Shown: piece after piece, positions 46,401 to 58,342 of the stretch
How positions within the stretch are numbered: position 1 is the stretch's first letter
Layout of the letters: each line of letters starts with the position of its first letter
NCBI GenBank assembly: GCA_001724265.1
Contig: MEDY01000015.1
Span: forward strand, 1-64,000
DNA length: 64,000 nt
Direction of reading: 5' to 3'
Source: Rhizaria sp. SCN 62-66
Lineage: Eukaryota
Notes under the pieces: model-generated
Seen by the model: the letters and a program-made list of their open reading frames with translations, nothing else
Database searches by the model: none
Told to the model about the DNA's origin: nothing
Program-made: the position numbers and the translations under genes

Positions 46401-49400
46401 CCCCGGCTCAATCACACCGGAGCCCTTCACTGCCACTGGCGCTGGCGCCGGCGCTGATGCCTTCCCCGGCACTGGCTCTGGCTCGAGCTCTACCGGCGTG
46501 TCGTTGGGTCTGGTCACGCGCCAGTCGCGCGCCGCCTCCGCGGTCGACGCGCCTCTGCCGCGCGAGCGCGCCGTCTCGGGCACCGCGCTCACTCTGCTCC
46601 AGCAGGGCCAGGAGCATCACCGCGTGTCGCCGACTGTCGCCGCGGCGCTCCACGAGAGCAACAGCAACGGTATCATTGTCGCTGGTGCCATCACGGGGTT
46701 GCAGAGCGGCCATGTGGGGCCGGAGAGCGAGGAGGAGCCTGAGTCACCGAACTCACCGCTGCCGCTGTCAGCGCATGCACTGGCGGACGGCGCGCGCTAC
46801 CTCAGCGGCAAGCCTGCGCCCCTGAGGCACACCGTGGCCGAGGCGGCTGGGCCTGAGACTGGGATTGAGGTCGAGGCGGAGGCGGTGGGCGCGGCTGAGG
46901 CTGAACCCGAGTACAACGACGAGGATGAGGACGAAGAGAGCAACGCACGGTGGGATGTCGCCCCTCTCCACTTTCCACCTACCCCGGCTCCGAACGCTCA
47001 GAGCATCAGTAACGCTAACGGCGCTGTCGCCACGACGCCCGCAACCAGCGCCATCTCCGCACCTCTTGTCCTGCGCACCGCGCCGTTGACTCCAGTCCGC
47101 AGGGAAGACACCCGCCCCGCCCCCGCCGCCGTGGCAGTGGCCGCCGCCGCCGCCGCCGCCGCCGCGCGCGCGTCCTCGAGCGCAGCCCGACTGACCCCGG
47201 TTGTTGCCCCCGCGCGCACGCCCGGTCTGGGCTCCATGTCTGCGCTCCCGCTCGGCGCGCTCAGCTCGACTGCGGCCGCCACTGGCGCTGGCGCTGGCGG
47301 CGGCGGCGGGACTGTGTCCGTGAGCGCGAGAGCGAGCGCGGCCGGCAGCGCTGTCGCCACCCCTGGCTTTGGCCCCGGCGCCGGCTCCGGCGTTGTCGCC
47401 CCCGCGCCCGCGCCTGCGGTTGCTGCTGTCTCCGCCACTGCCGCCGCCGCTGCTGGCGCGCCCGGCAGCTCGGCCGCCACGACCACCGCCGCGGCCGCCG
47501 CCGCCGCCGCGGCCGCCGCGAGCTACCGCCCGCGCCAGCTGACGCAGCAAGACCAGCAGAAGCAGCATCTGCAGCAGCCCAGCGCGGTGCACCCGCACCA
47601 CCAGTCGCCGTTCCTGTCGGCCGCGCTGCCCGTCTGGCGCGGCGGCCTGCCGCTCGCGCCGTGTCTCGCGGGCGGGGACGAGTCGCCGGAGGATTCCCCT
47701 GCGTTCTCGCCCGCAAGCGCTCACAGCTCCGCCGCTGCGAACAACAACAGCAACAGCAACAGTAACAATAACGGTAACAGTGCAAACGCCGCAGCGAACG
47801 GTGTTAGCGCAGGTGCCAACGGTGCTGCCATTGTATTGCCGGGGTCGGCGGCAATGACGCCCCTGCACGCCCCGGCGCCAGTGCCACTGCTTGCTCTGAC
47901 GCCGGCTCCGCTGGCGCGCCCGCGCTCCGGCCTGTCGGTCCTCCACCCTGGCTCGGCCACGGCCACGGTGACCGCAGCGGCGACCGCGACGGGCGCGGCG
48001 GCTGCGGCGGCCATGTCGATGCTGGCGCAGCAGCGACACGCGCTCTCGGCGACGCCTACGCCGACGCCCACCACGCCAGCGCCCGCGGCGGCCGCGGTGG
48101 CTGCCGTCCCGGCACTGGCACCAGCGCCGCCTTCTGCGGCGTCTTCTGCGGCTGCTACTATGTCTGCGGCCGCGGCTGCGCCTGCCACGCTCGTGACAGT
48201 AGCGGTACCGCAGGAGGCCGACGGCGCGGTCGCTGCGCCGCCGGCGCTGTCGTCACCGACCGCAGGCAACGCCATCACGGGCGCAAACGAGACGAGCGCC
48301 GTCGGCGAGCGTGGTCTGTCTGACGCAGCCGATGATGCCACGGCCCCTTTACTGCTGGCGTCTATCTCGCTCCCCATGCAGTCGAAGTCTCTCCCGTCGA
48401 CCGCCACCGCCGCGACCGCGACTGCCGCCGCGACGCCACCGCAGCCGCAGCGGCAGAGCGCAGTGTCTTTGCTGGCCCGCAGCGGACCCGTCGGTTCGTC
48501 CATCGCAACTGTCAGCGCCAGCGGCCCCAGCGGCGGCGCCAACACGCGCGGCGGCGACGGCGGTGTGATGCAGGCGTATCCGCAGTCGGCGCAGTCTGCG
48601 TGGACCGGTTACGCACCGCAGCCGCAGTCTCAGTCACTGGCACGGTCGCAAGCAGCGGCCGTCGCGACACAGCTTGTCATTGAGGACGAAGACGGCGGCG
48701 TGACGCCGGGATCATCGTACTCATCGCTGTCTCTCACGAGCGCGAACGAGGCGAATATCTCCAACGTGCCTACGATGGCGCGCACTGAGAGTGTTGGGTC
48801 AGTTTCCTCGTCGCTGTATGCCGGCTCCGCCGCGGCAGCGCTGTCGGCGGTGGCGGCGACTGCGCGGCAGGCGACTTCGCTGCTCACGGTCACCGAGAAC
48901 GTGGGCGCGGCAGCTGATGTGATCGAGCTTGACACGGACAACGGCGTTACGGTTGGCTCTAATGCAGTTAGCTACCCGACTGTTATCCTTGCACACGATG
49001 CTACCATGGCAGCGAACGCTGATAACACAGCGACAACACAGAACAACGATGGCGATGTCACGACGGAGATGACTCCGGCTGCAACCGCCGATGCGCACAC
49101 CGCTGCAGCTGCCGCCGCCGCCGCCGCTGCCGCAGCGCTAAGTGTGTCTCCGGCTGCATTCCTCCCTGCCGTCCCGCTGCTGCCGCTGCCGCGCAACCCG
49201 GGTCCCCTGCGCAAGATCCTCTCTGACGTCGACGACACGCTCTTCTCCTCTGGCGGAAAGTTCCCCGCTGGCGTGGACCGCCAGTGGGGCAACCACGTGC
49301 TGTACCCGGGCGTGCTGCGCCTGCTCAAGGAGCTCGACCTGGGGTTTGACCCCACGGGCCAGTGGACGCATCTGCACGGCAAGGGCAACCTAGCGTTCCT

Positions 49401-51956
49401 CTCCGCGCGTCCCCACGTGTACAAGGATAAGAGCGAGCGCAAGTCGTACGCGGCGTTCGCGCACTTCCGCGAGCACAACGGCATGCACGCCACGGCGACT
49501 CTGCTCCCGGGCTCCCTCGACGCCGGGCTGATCATGTTCGCCGGTGATTATAACCCGATGGCGGAGCGCAAGTATGCCAGCTTCGCCGAGTTTGCGCAGT
49601 TGTACCCAGAGTACTCGTTCATCTTCCTTGGCGACAACGGCCAGGGCGATGTCATTGCGGGCGATAAGATGAAGAGCGCGCTTGGACCGCGTATGGAACT
49701 TGTCCTCATCCATCAGGTATGTCATCTAACAATGAATCTACAACTCAATTAGTCACATGCTTCTATGATTCTTATTTTGACCTTCTTACTGTATCCTTCG
49801 TTCTGTCTTGCTACTATTTCATCGATCTGTAGGTGCAACCGATCTCGGCGACCCCCGGCTACTCCCCCGAAGCCCGCCTCCGCTGGGCGCGCAACGGCGT
49901 CCGTTTCTACCAGACGTACGTCGGCGCAGCGTTGCACGCATGCGCGGCGCGCGTCGTACACCCTCGCGGCCTGCGCCGGTCGATCCACGCCGCCGTGGAC
50001 GAGTTTTACGCCTACTCGCATAAGGTGCTGAGTGCTTATGGCATGGATAGGCTGATCCCCAGTGTGCGCGCGAAGGCGAGGGCCGAGAGGGACAAGGCGG
50101 AGGCTGAGGCCGCTGCTGCCGCCGCTGCTGCCGAGGCCGCTGCTGCCGAGGCCGCCGCTGCCGAGGCCGCCGCTGCTGAGGCCGCCGCTGCTGTTGAGGC
50201 CGCCGCTGCTGCTGAAGCTGCTGAAGCAGCTGATGCTGCTGATGCTGTCGAGTCTGAGGCTGCTGCTGCTGCTGCTGCTACTGAAGGTGTTGCTAGCATT
50301 GCCGCGAGCAACACTACAAGCGCGCCAGATGAAGAGATCACGACAATCTCCGACAGCGCGAATGCCGCCGCCGACTCTGGCGATGTGGCGGCGACAGTCC
50401 CTGCGACTGTTGACGGCTCCGTCGTGAGCGCTGAGGCGCCCGCCGGTCCATCACACGACCACGCTACGGCTGACGCGGTGGCGGCGGCTGCTGCTGCTGC
50501 TGCTGCTGCTGCTGCCGCTGATTCGACCAGCCAGTCTTTGCCTCAGACTCTGAGCCAGAGCCAGACTCTCACGGCAACTGTCATTGGTATCGACGACGCC
50601 ACCGCCGCAAATGGAGCCGAGACCGCCTCTCAAGACTCGGCACAGTCATCTCAACAGTCTTCCTCAGCAGCTGGTTCTCGCGCGTCCTCGCTGTCCCCTC
50701 TGACCGTCACGGCGCAGCCGTCGTCCCAGTCCAACGCAAGCGCGTTCACGACCTGCAGCACCAGCGGCCCCACCGCCGTTTCCCCCGCCACCGCTGGCTC
50801 TCCAGCAGCTGGCTCCCCTGCTGCCGGCTCCCCTGCGTCGTCGACAGCCTCGATCTCTACTGCGGCTGCGGCCGCGACTGCTGCTGCTGCTGCTACTGCG
50901 TCGTCAACGGGCCTCGTCTCCTCGCCCAGCACGCCCGCGGCGCCGCGCAACGCCAGCCTCGCCGCGCGCACCGCCCCGACTCCGGGCCCCAACGCCAGCG
51001 CCAGCGCCAGCGCCAACAGCACCGCTGCCGCGCCCGCAGCGGCGGCCCCGGCGGCGAACGGCGCTGGCTCCGGCCCTCGCAACACGCCGGGCCGCACCCC
51101 TGCCCCCGGGTCCTCGTCCTCGTCGTCGTCGTCGTCAGCCGCCGCTGCCGCCACCGCGGCCGCCGCCGCGTTTGCCGCGACCGAGCTCGCACTGTACGAG
51201 TCCCGCCGTCTCGCGCTCAACCACGAGATCGCGCTCGCACTGCGCCTACTCGCCGCGCCGGAGAGCCTCGAGGCCGACGTCGCGGTCGGGCTCGAATGTG
51301 CGCCGCTCGGCGAGTGTGATCCCGCCGACCTCGCGCCGATCCGCCTGCTCCCCGCGGTCCGGCTCTGGGGGTCGGGCACCGTGCTGGAGCCCGCCGGCGG
51401 GTCCCCGCTCGGCCCGGGCGTCGTCGAGGGGTTCGACGCCGTCGCTAACACGTACAAACTGCGGTTGGTGCCGCCGATCGTGCAGCGCCGCATCGGCTAC
51501 TACCCGCCGCCGCGCGACCCCGTGACCGGCCGGGCCACCGGCCGCGGGGACTTGCCGCCCGGCGCGGCGGGCACGATGACGCTGCACGCGCACGCGCCCC
51601 AGCTGCGGCCGGCGTTGCGCGGGCGGCTCGGGGACCGCGTGTACTGTGCCTGGGGAGCTGGCGTGCTCACGCAGGTGCGTGCGGACGGCTTCCACGTGGT
51701 GCGCATCTTCCAGTCGCTGGATGGCAAGTCACAGCTGCACGCCGTGGTCAAGGCGCTCGACATCAAGCCGATCAAGGCCGCGCGTGGTGACTGGGTGCTG
51801 ACAACGATGGGCCGCGGTCAGGTCGTTCAATACCGTGGTTATGACGGCATGTACACTGTGCAGCTAGCGTTTGGCGCGACGATGTACACGCGCGAGGATG
51901 GGATCCGCGACCTACTGGGCGGGGCCACCTCGGAGAGCTCCTGTATGGTGCAGTAA
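37450..51956 (+). CDS. Very large membrane protein with App1-like HAD phosphatase domain, SH3/KOW-like C-terminal repeats and CaaX; one in-frame TAG at 40444-40446
   Basis: Frame 37450-49716 is continuous except for a single TAG; intron 49717-49832; exon 49833-51956 ends TAA. TM helices at ~42718-43023; KILSDVDDTL (DxDDT at 49225), FLSARP, FIFLGDNGQGD; GDRVYCAWGAG and GDWVLTTMGRG repeats; terminal CMVQ. If TAG terminates, the unit splits into 37450-40446 and a downstream gene. Confidence 0.72.
49717..49832 (+). other. Spliceosomal intron, 116 nt, phase 0
   Basis: CAG|GTATGT...CTGTAG|GTG, giving VLIHQVQP. Confidence 0.9.
50100..50245 (+). repeat. Coding minisatellite, ~15-bp unit encoding (EAAAA)n
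   Basis: GAGGCCGCYGCTGCY units; translation EAAAAEAAAAEAAAAEAAAAVEAAAAAEAAEAA. Confidence 0.8.
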
Positions 51957-51976
51957 GAGAACGCCGAGTTCCCTGA

Positions 51977-52010
51977 ACGCTTCGTACGCACGCTTCGTAC
52001 ACACGCTTCG
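51977..52010 (+). repeat. 13-bp tandem repeat (ACGCTTCGTACRC) x2.6 in 3' UTR
   Basis: ACGCTTCGTACGC ACGCTTCGTACAC ACGCTTCG, starting 20 nt after the TAA at 51956. Confidence 0.85.
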
Positions 52011-53354
52011 ACTAGAGACATTTCATTGAATTTCACTTTATATATGGCTTAAAATACACTAATAGATAACTTTATTTGCTACAAAACCTCTTGAAAATTA
52101 GTATATCAACGTTTTATTAGGATAACACAATATTATGTGTATGAAATTCTTTGTTTATTACGTTTGAGCGATGAGTGACTGTGAGCACTTACACTAGACC
52201 AGACCCTCAGACCACGAGCCAGCCAGCCGTCAGGTGCCGCAGGACGCCGAAGTTCAAATCTTACACCACCCTACATGGCTTTACACGGACCGACCATGGA
52301 CGAATGAGATAATCCCATGGGTTTACCAAGAGGTTGTTGATATTCCTCTATTTTCATACTGCGATCGCAGTATGTTTAGGTTGTGTATTCGCCAGGGTTT
52401 GAGACTAGCCGGTACGTTAACCTGATCTTGCCAAATTCACCTCACTACAGCGTTACTTATTCACAAGATAGCGACGCTGATGTGCCTCGCGATTAAAGTT
52501 CCCTGCTGATTGTTCTTCCATATCACGCAGGAGCTACCGCGTTCCCTTTTGGGAGAGGCGTCAGACACCTCAGGCTAGAGCAGATTGTGCGGGACGTCAT
52601 ATAGGCGGCAACTTTTTTGTGGTTGCCGCCGCCTTGGCGCCTTCCCTACATTTATACAACAACACATATCACATTTCTTTATTGTTTTCATCATAGTATC
52701 TAGATCTAGATTCTTACTTTCGCTTTCACTGTGCTCACAACACCTACCTGCCGTCTTGTTTTCATCCTCTAGTAGATTCTAGGCTTCGTTTGTCTAGCCT
52801 CGCTGTCTCAATATCATATTGTGGCCAATGATGCGTGCTTCGAGTTTAGGAGGCTGTATTCGTGCTTTTTTCGTTCCGCGAAGCTGTTTGACCACCAGTG
52901 CAGTTGCGATCCAGGAGACTTCCAAGCTGATATTCGATCAGCCACTGCCGTCGTTGGAGAACTGGCGGCGTTTTGAGAATCAATATGCATCACGAGCTGA
53001 TGTACATCGCTCGATTAGTCGTATATCTATCTGCCCATGCCATTTTTTGACATGGTGATAGACTAGCTCTAATAAAGACCCTTGATATAACTGTTTCCAC
53101 CTTCGCATTAAACACAATCGAGCCACGCTGTTAAATGGAGGATCGAATCAAATCTGTATTACATCTGCAATTTGAGAGCATTTAAATCCGTAAGCTCACT
53201 TGCGATGCCAATTTTACATCAAAACTATTTTAACGTATGCTATCTTGAGAAGTCGTTTTGAATAACTGAAGGTGTGAACACTTGACAACGGATGTACACT
53301 CGCTTGCCCGCCAAGACCCATCGCCGGCAGACAAGACAATAGCTCCCACTTAGC

Positions 53355-53497
53355 TTAGCCGATGAGCGCACGCGTCGACACAGCGCGGAATGCCTTGCCC
53401 GCGCTGTCATTCACATCCGTGCGCGCAGACATCGTCCACTTCGCCGCAGCACTATTGTTGCTCACACTTGCGCTAGAGTTGCTATTGCTGTTGCTGC

Positions 53498-53529
<32 letters not shown>

Positions 53530-56500
53530 GGAGTGTGGGAGTGCATTGCGTACGGCGCGCGCGACACGGGCGTCATCGCCCTATGCACGCCGCCGACAGC
53601 AACATTGCTATTGTTATTGCTACTGTAGCTCGTGTGCGACGTGTTGGAATTGCTGCTGTAGGGCGCAACCCCGCCGTAATCGCGCATGTAGCTCGACCGC
53701 ATATGCAGCGGCGGCTGCGACGGCGCCGGTGCCGGCACGGGGGTCGATGCCCCCGAGTTGACTGCGGACAGCGACGCCGGGGTCACCGCGGGCTTGGCGG
53801 GCGGCGGGTGCCACGAGACTGCGCCCGTGTCGCCACACTCCTTCCTCATCGGCAGCACTACCGCCCTCGCCGCGGCACCTGCACTCGCACTGGCACCGAC
53901 GCTCGGCGAGCCCACGCCCGCGCCCGCGCCGTTGCTGTTGCTGTTAGAGTCAGTGGGGGCGTGCGCGGCGGCGAAGAACCTGCGCGACTGCACCCCCGGC
54001 AGGGGCTGGCCGCGGTTGTTGACCGTCGACGCCGGGGCGCGGGAGGCGGTGGCACCGCCGACGGCCGCCGACGCGGTCGCAGCAGCGGTGCGTGTGGCGG
54101 CCACAGACGCAGTTGTAGACGGGACAGGAGCGGGTGCGACGGGGGTGGGGGCGGACGGGACGGGGGTTGATGTACCGGAGGCAGCGGCGGAGCTTGAAGC
54201 CCAGGCAGGCGGCCGTGACACCGAGGCAGCTCCAGAGCCAGCGCCGATGTTAGAGCCAAAGCCCGAGCCAGAGACAGAGCCGGAGGCAGATCCGGAGCTC
54301 GAGCCAGAGCCTGCGCCAGCGCCTGCTGAGCTGGGTCCCCGGTTGTTGCCAGAGCCAAAGCTAGGGTTACCGAGCACAATCCCCCGAGACGAGGTGCCGA
54401 AGCCTGTGTTATTCCCTGCGGCACCCGCAGTACTGCTGGTGCTGGCGCTGCGACGGAGCAAGCGTGCGCGCACGGCCTCCGCGTCCGCGACGGCCTCGCG
54501 CAGTGCGGCGCCGCGCCCCGCGCCCGCACTGGGAGTCGCAGGGATTACACCGGCGGCGGCGGCGACAGCCGCGACGCTTGACTGAGAGCCAGCGTTGGCG
54601 AGCGAGGCGCGGCGGGCGGAGACAGGCGGCGGCGGTGTCATCGAGCGCGCAGGCGGCGCGCCCCACGCAGTGCCGTCCAGCACCCCGCCGCGCACCCGCG
54701 CCCGCCGGTTCCCGCCCCCGCCGCCGACGCCGCCGCCGCCGTAGGCCGCGGAGGAGAGCGCGTACGCGTCGTGGGCCGCGGGCGCGGGGGCCAGTCCCGC
54801 GAGCGGCACGGCGAGGCCGTCGCCTGCGCCGGCGCGGCGGAGCGCTGCGAAGGCGGCTGCGGCTGCGGCGGCTGCGGTGGCGGCTGAGGCGGTGCGCGCG
54901 TCTGGAGCGGCGAGGTCAAGGGCGGCGACGAGTGCTGACGGTAGTACGGCAGCAACATCAACTACACCGGTGTTGCTGGCGCCGCTGGCGGGTGAGACAG
55001 CGTTGGGAAGCCAGGTCTCGGTGCCGTCCGGGTTGACGACGCGGGTCGGCATGCGCCACTGGCGTTTGTCGGCCGGGAACACCATCGCTGACCGGGGCGG
55101 CAACGCACGGGCACTCGCAGTGGCAGTCGCATTTGCACTGGCATTTGCACTGGCGGGAACGGGAACTGGAGTCGAGGGGCTTGCAATGGGCGTGCTTGCA
55201 GGATCAAACGAGTTGATATTGATGTTACTATTGCTGTTGTCGCTGATCAAAGATAAGCCGCGTGTCATGACCGGCGTGCCCATCGTGTCCCGGTGACTGG
55301 GGACAACAGCAGACGGCACCGCTGCAGCGGCGGCGACTGGCAGCTGAGGCGCGGACGGTGGCAGAGGCGGCCGCTGCTGCTGCTGTTGTTGTTGTTGTTG
55401 ACGCGGATCGAATTGGTAGGCGCCAATAGTCGCAGGATCACGGTCAAACGGACCCCTAGGCACTGCCATCGACGACGACGACGACGATACTGGCGTATCA
55501 CCACGTGCGCCGTCACGCGTACCGTCATGCGTTCCAGTCCTCATGCCAGATGCAGTAGCAGGGACGACGGGAAGCGCGAGATTGAGCTGGGGCTGGCCCT
55601 GTACAGCGGCAGCGATCGCAGGCACAACAAAGCCACTCTCAGGATAAAAGTCGTCAGCGTAATAGCCTTCGGTGTCGATCTCCGCGCCCCACTCCACCGG
55701 ATACGGAGACGGCTTACCTTTCATCACCGCAGCTGATGTGGTCCTTTGCTTGTGGCCGTACAAGTCTTCCGCGGCGGCCGCACTGGTGGACACGGGGGCG
55801 CGCTCCGCGGGCGGCGCGAGACACAGGCCCCCGGGCACCGCACCAGACGCGGCCGACACTGCGGCGGCGGCGGCGGCGAGGCGCGCAGCGGCGGCGGGGA
55901 CGGCGACGGCAGCGGCCGCGCCCAGTCGGAGCGCGTCCTTGGCTTCCGCGGCGGCGGCGGCGGGGGCGAAACCAGGCATGATAAGTCCAGTGCCGGAGTA
56001 GGGACCCAGCGCGTGGGCCTGGGCCAGAGTGCGGCCGTCGCCAGCGCTTGCGACAGCGAGAGAAGACGGGGCTGTTGCATTGGACCGCGGGGGGTGCGCC
56101 AAGCTGCCGTCGCCGTTGCTGTTGCTGTTGTTTTCGGCGCTGTTGATGTGTTGTGGCAGCGCGACGGGGTCGAGGTCGGTGTAACCGCGCGGTACGAGCG
56201 TCACGGGCAAGTGGGCCCCCAGCCTCTGCGGCGAGGCAAACGCCAGCGCGGCCGCGGCCGACTGGGACGACACACCGGGGGCGGCGCCGGGGAACCCGTC
56301 GAGGGCGCGCGCGCGGGCGGGGGGCAGGCAGCCCGCGGCGAAGGGAGGAGGGACGTGGACCGACGGCACCGCGGACAGTGCTGCTGAGTCAGCAAGATTC
56401 CCGTTAGTGTTGAGAGCGGCGACGCGGCGGTCGTTCTCTGCGTACGCCTGCACAAGCTGGTTCTGGCGCTGGTACTGCGACGCCCAGAGCGCGGATGAGC

Positions 56501-57868
56501 TTACGCCGCCAGCGGCATAACCGCTGTTGGTGATAGCGGCGGCGACGGCCGCGTCAACAGGCGTGGGCGACGACGTGGGTGCACTGTTATTGTTGTTAAA
56601 GTTATTCGCAGTCATGTTGCTGTTGGAGGTGAATGTGGCGTAGGGAGTGGCGCTACTGGTAGCGGCGCCATAGTTGCTGTTACTGCTGGTGAGATACGGG
56701 TTGTAGCCATCATTCGCAGGAGGGTTGCTGTTAGTATTGGTGTTGTTGTTGTTCATAAAGTCAGCTGCCAAGGGAAGCATCGACGCAATGCCGGGCGCAA
56801 TGGTGACGGGAGCCTGTGAGGCTTGAGCAGGAGCAGGAGCAACAGTGGCGGGCGCGGACACAGCAGTTGAGTTCACAGAGCTGTCAATGTTACTGTTATT
56901 GTAGCTGTTGTTGATACTGGGTTCGAGCGCCGACGACAGCACAGCCTGCTGCTGCAGCGAGAGTGTGAACGGCTGCCGCGAGGCGAGTTCCCGCACCCGC
57001 GCCATCGTGGCGTCGACCGATGACAGCACAGACGCGAACGGCAGCGCGTCAGAAACAGCACTTGCATTCGCACTCGCATTCTTCGCGGCAGTGGCGGCAG
57101 CCGCGGGGGGCCGCGGCAGAGGGATCGAGGGGCGGCGGCCGCCCGCACCGGCACCTGTGTTCACATTCGCACTCGCATGAGAGCTCGAGCTAGGGTTGTT
57201 GCCAGACTGCGACTTGCTGCTGTTGGAGTTGCTGTAGTTGTTGTAGTTGCTGCTATTTGCAGAGGCGTTTGTGGTGGCTGGAGGCGCGCGGGAGGACTCG
57301 GCGGGCTGCCACGTTGACTGCCCGCCTTTACCAGCGGCAGCGCTGGCGCCAACGTCAGTGGAGACGCGGACGGGGGCGATCAGCGGGGCAGCATGTGCTG
57401 CAGTCGCCGTCGTCACAGGAGCAGCATTGACCGCAGAAGCTGTGTGCACTGCTGTTGCGGGAGCTTGACTGGAGTACGGCCCGCGGGCGGAGGGCACAGG
57501 GGTGGCGTGAGCGCTGTTTTGGCGCGAGGAGTAGGCGACGCGAGCAGACGAGCCCTTGACGAGTGACGACTGTAGGTGCAGCGAAGCACAAAGGAAGTGT
57601 TTACAAGAGGCGGGCAGTGGAGATGTTGTGTGAGCATTTGTGTTCAAACAGTCAAGATAAAACAGGAAAACAAACACGCGGCAACAATGGCGTTGCAAAA
57701 TCCAACTCATACAGAAGGCATAGAGCGAATGCAGCACCGTGACAGAGTCGTGCAAAGTGTAACCCAACACAGAGGAGAGCAGCGGTGACGTACGACACGG
57801 GCGAGGGCGGCCTCGGCGTCGAGAGTGGCCTGACGCACAGCCACGTCAAGGTCGGCCTGGGACGACAT
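53355..57868 (-). CDS. Large low-complexity, likely disordered protein (~1429 aa, 2 exons), function unknown
   Basis: Exon 1 57868-57794 (MSSQADLDVAVRQATLDAEAALARV), intron GTACGT...CTACAG, exon 2 57569-53355 in frame; ends TAA. Ala/Ser/Asn/Pro-rich; no recognisable domain. Confidence 0.8.
57570..57793 (-). other. Spliceosomal intron, 224 nt, phase 0
   Basis: GTC|GTACGT...CTACAG|TCG. Confidence 0.8.
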
Positions 57869-58342
57869 GACAAGGCGGGAGAAGAAGACGCCGGAGGATA
57901 GCTGAGCGGAAGAGAGTTGGAGTTGTTGGACTACTGCAGTCGTTGGCGTTTAAACAAGGGAGGTGTCGGGGAGAAGGTAGGTATTGAGATGAGGACACAT
58001 TATTTAAACAACAAAAAGGAAATGACAAATAAACTACGGATACACTTGCGATGGCTTTCGTGACGATCGAATCCTTGATGCCAGATGTTTTGAAGTTTGC
58101 TCGTGTCGAGGTGGCCGTTGCTGACCGAGGAGGCGCTAGAGACCGTTACACCACTTCGTTCAAAAGCCACATGATCCCATATCTTCCGTTGTTGCTTATA
58201 ATTTTACTATTCACGAAATATATACAAACAAGTTTGTTATATATTATAATGGCTTATTATCTATCTGTTGTATACCTCTCCCTGTAGCCCCTTTACTCTT
58301 CCACCTTTACTCGTGTGCAGCCGGGTCCTCGCAACACACACC

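Noticed and set aside
52240-52270. GTTCAAATC T-loop-like motif suggesting a tRNA
   Set aside because: Only about 3 bp of T-stem and no acceptor, D or anticodon arms.
57570-57770. Hydrophobic N-terminus of the 1471-aa ORF (MLGYTLHD...FVFLFYL)
   Set aside because: Translated intron sequence; the true first exon is 57868-57794.
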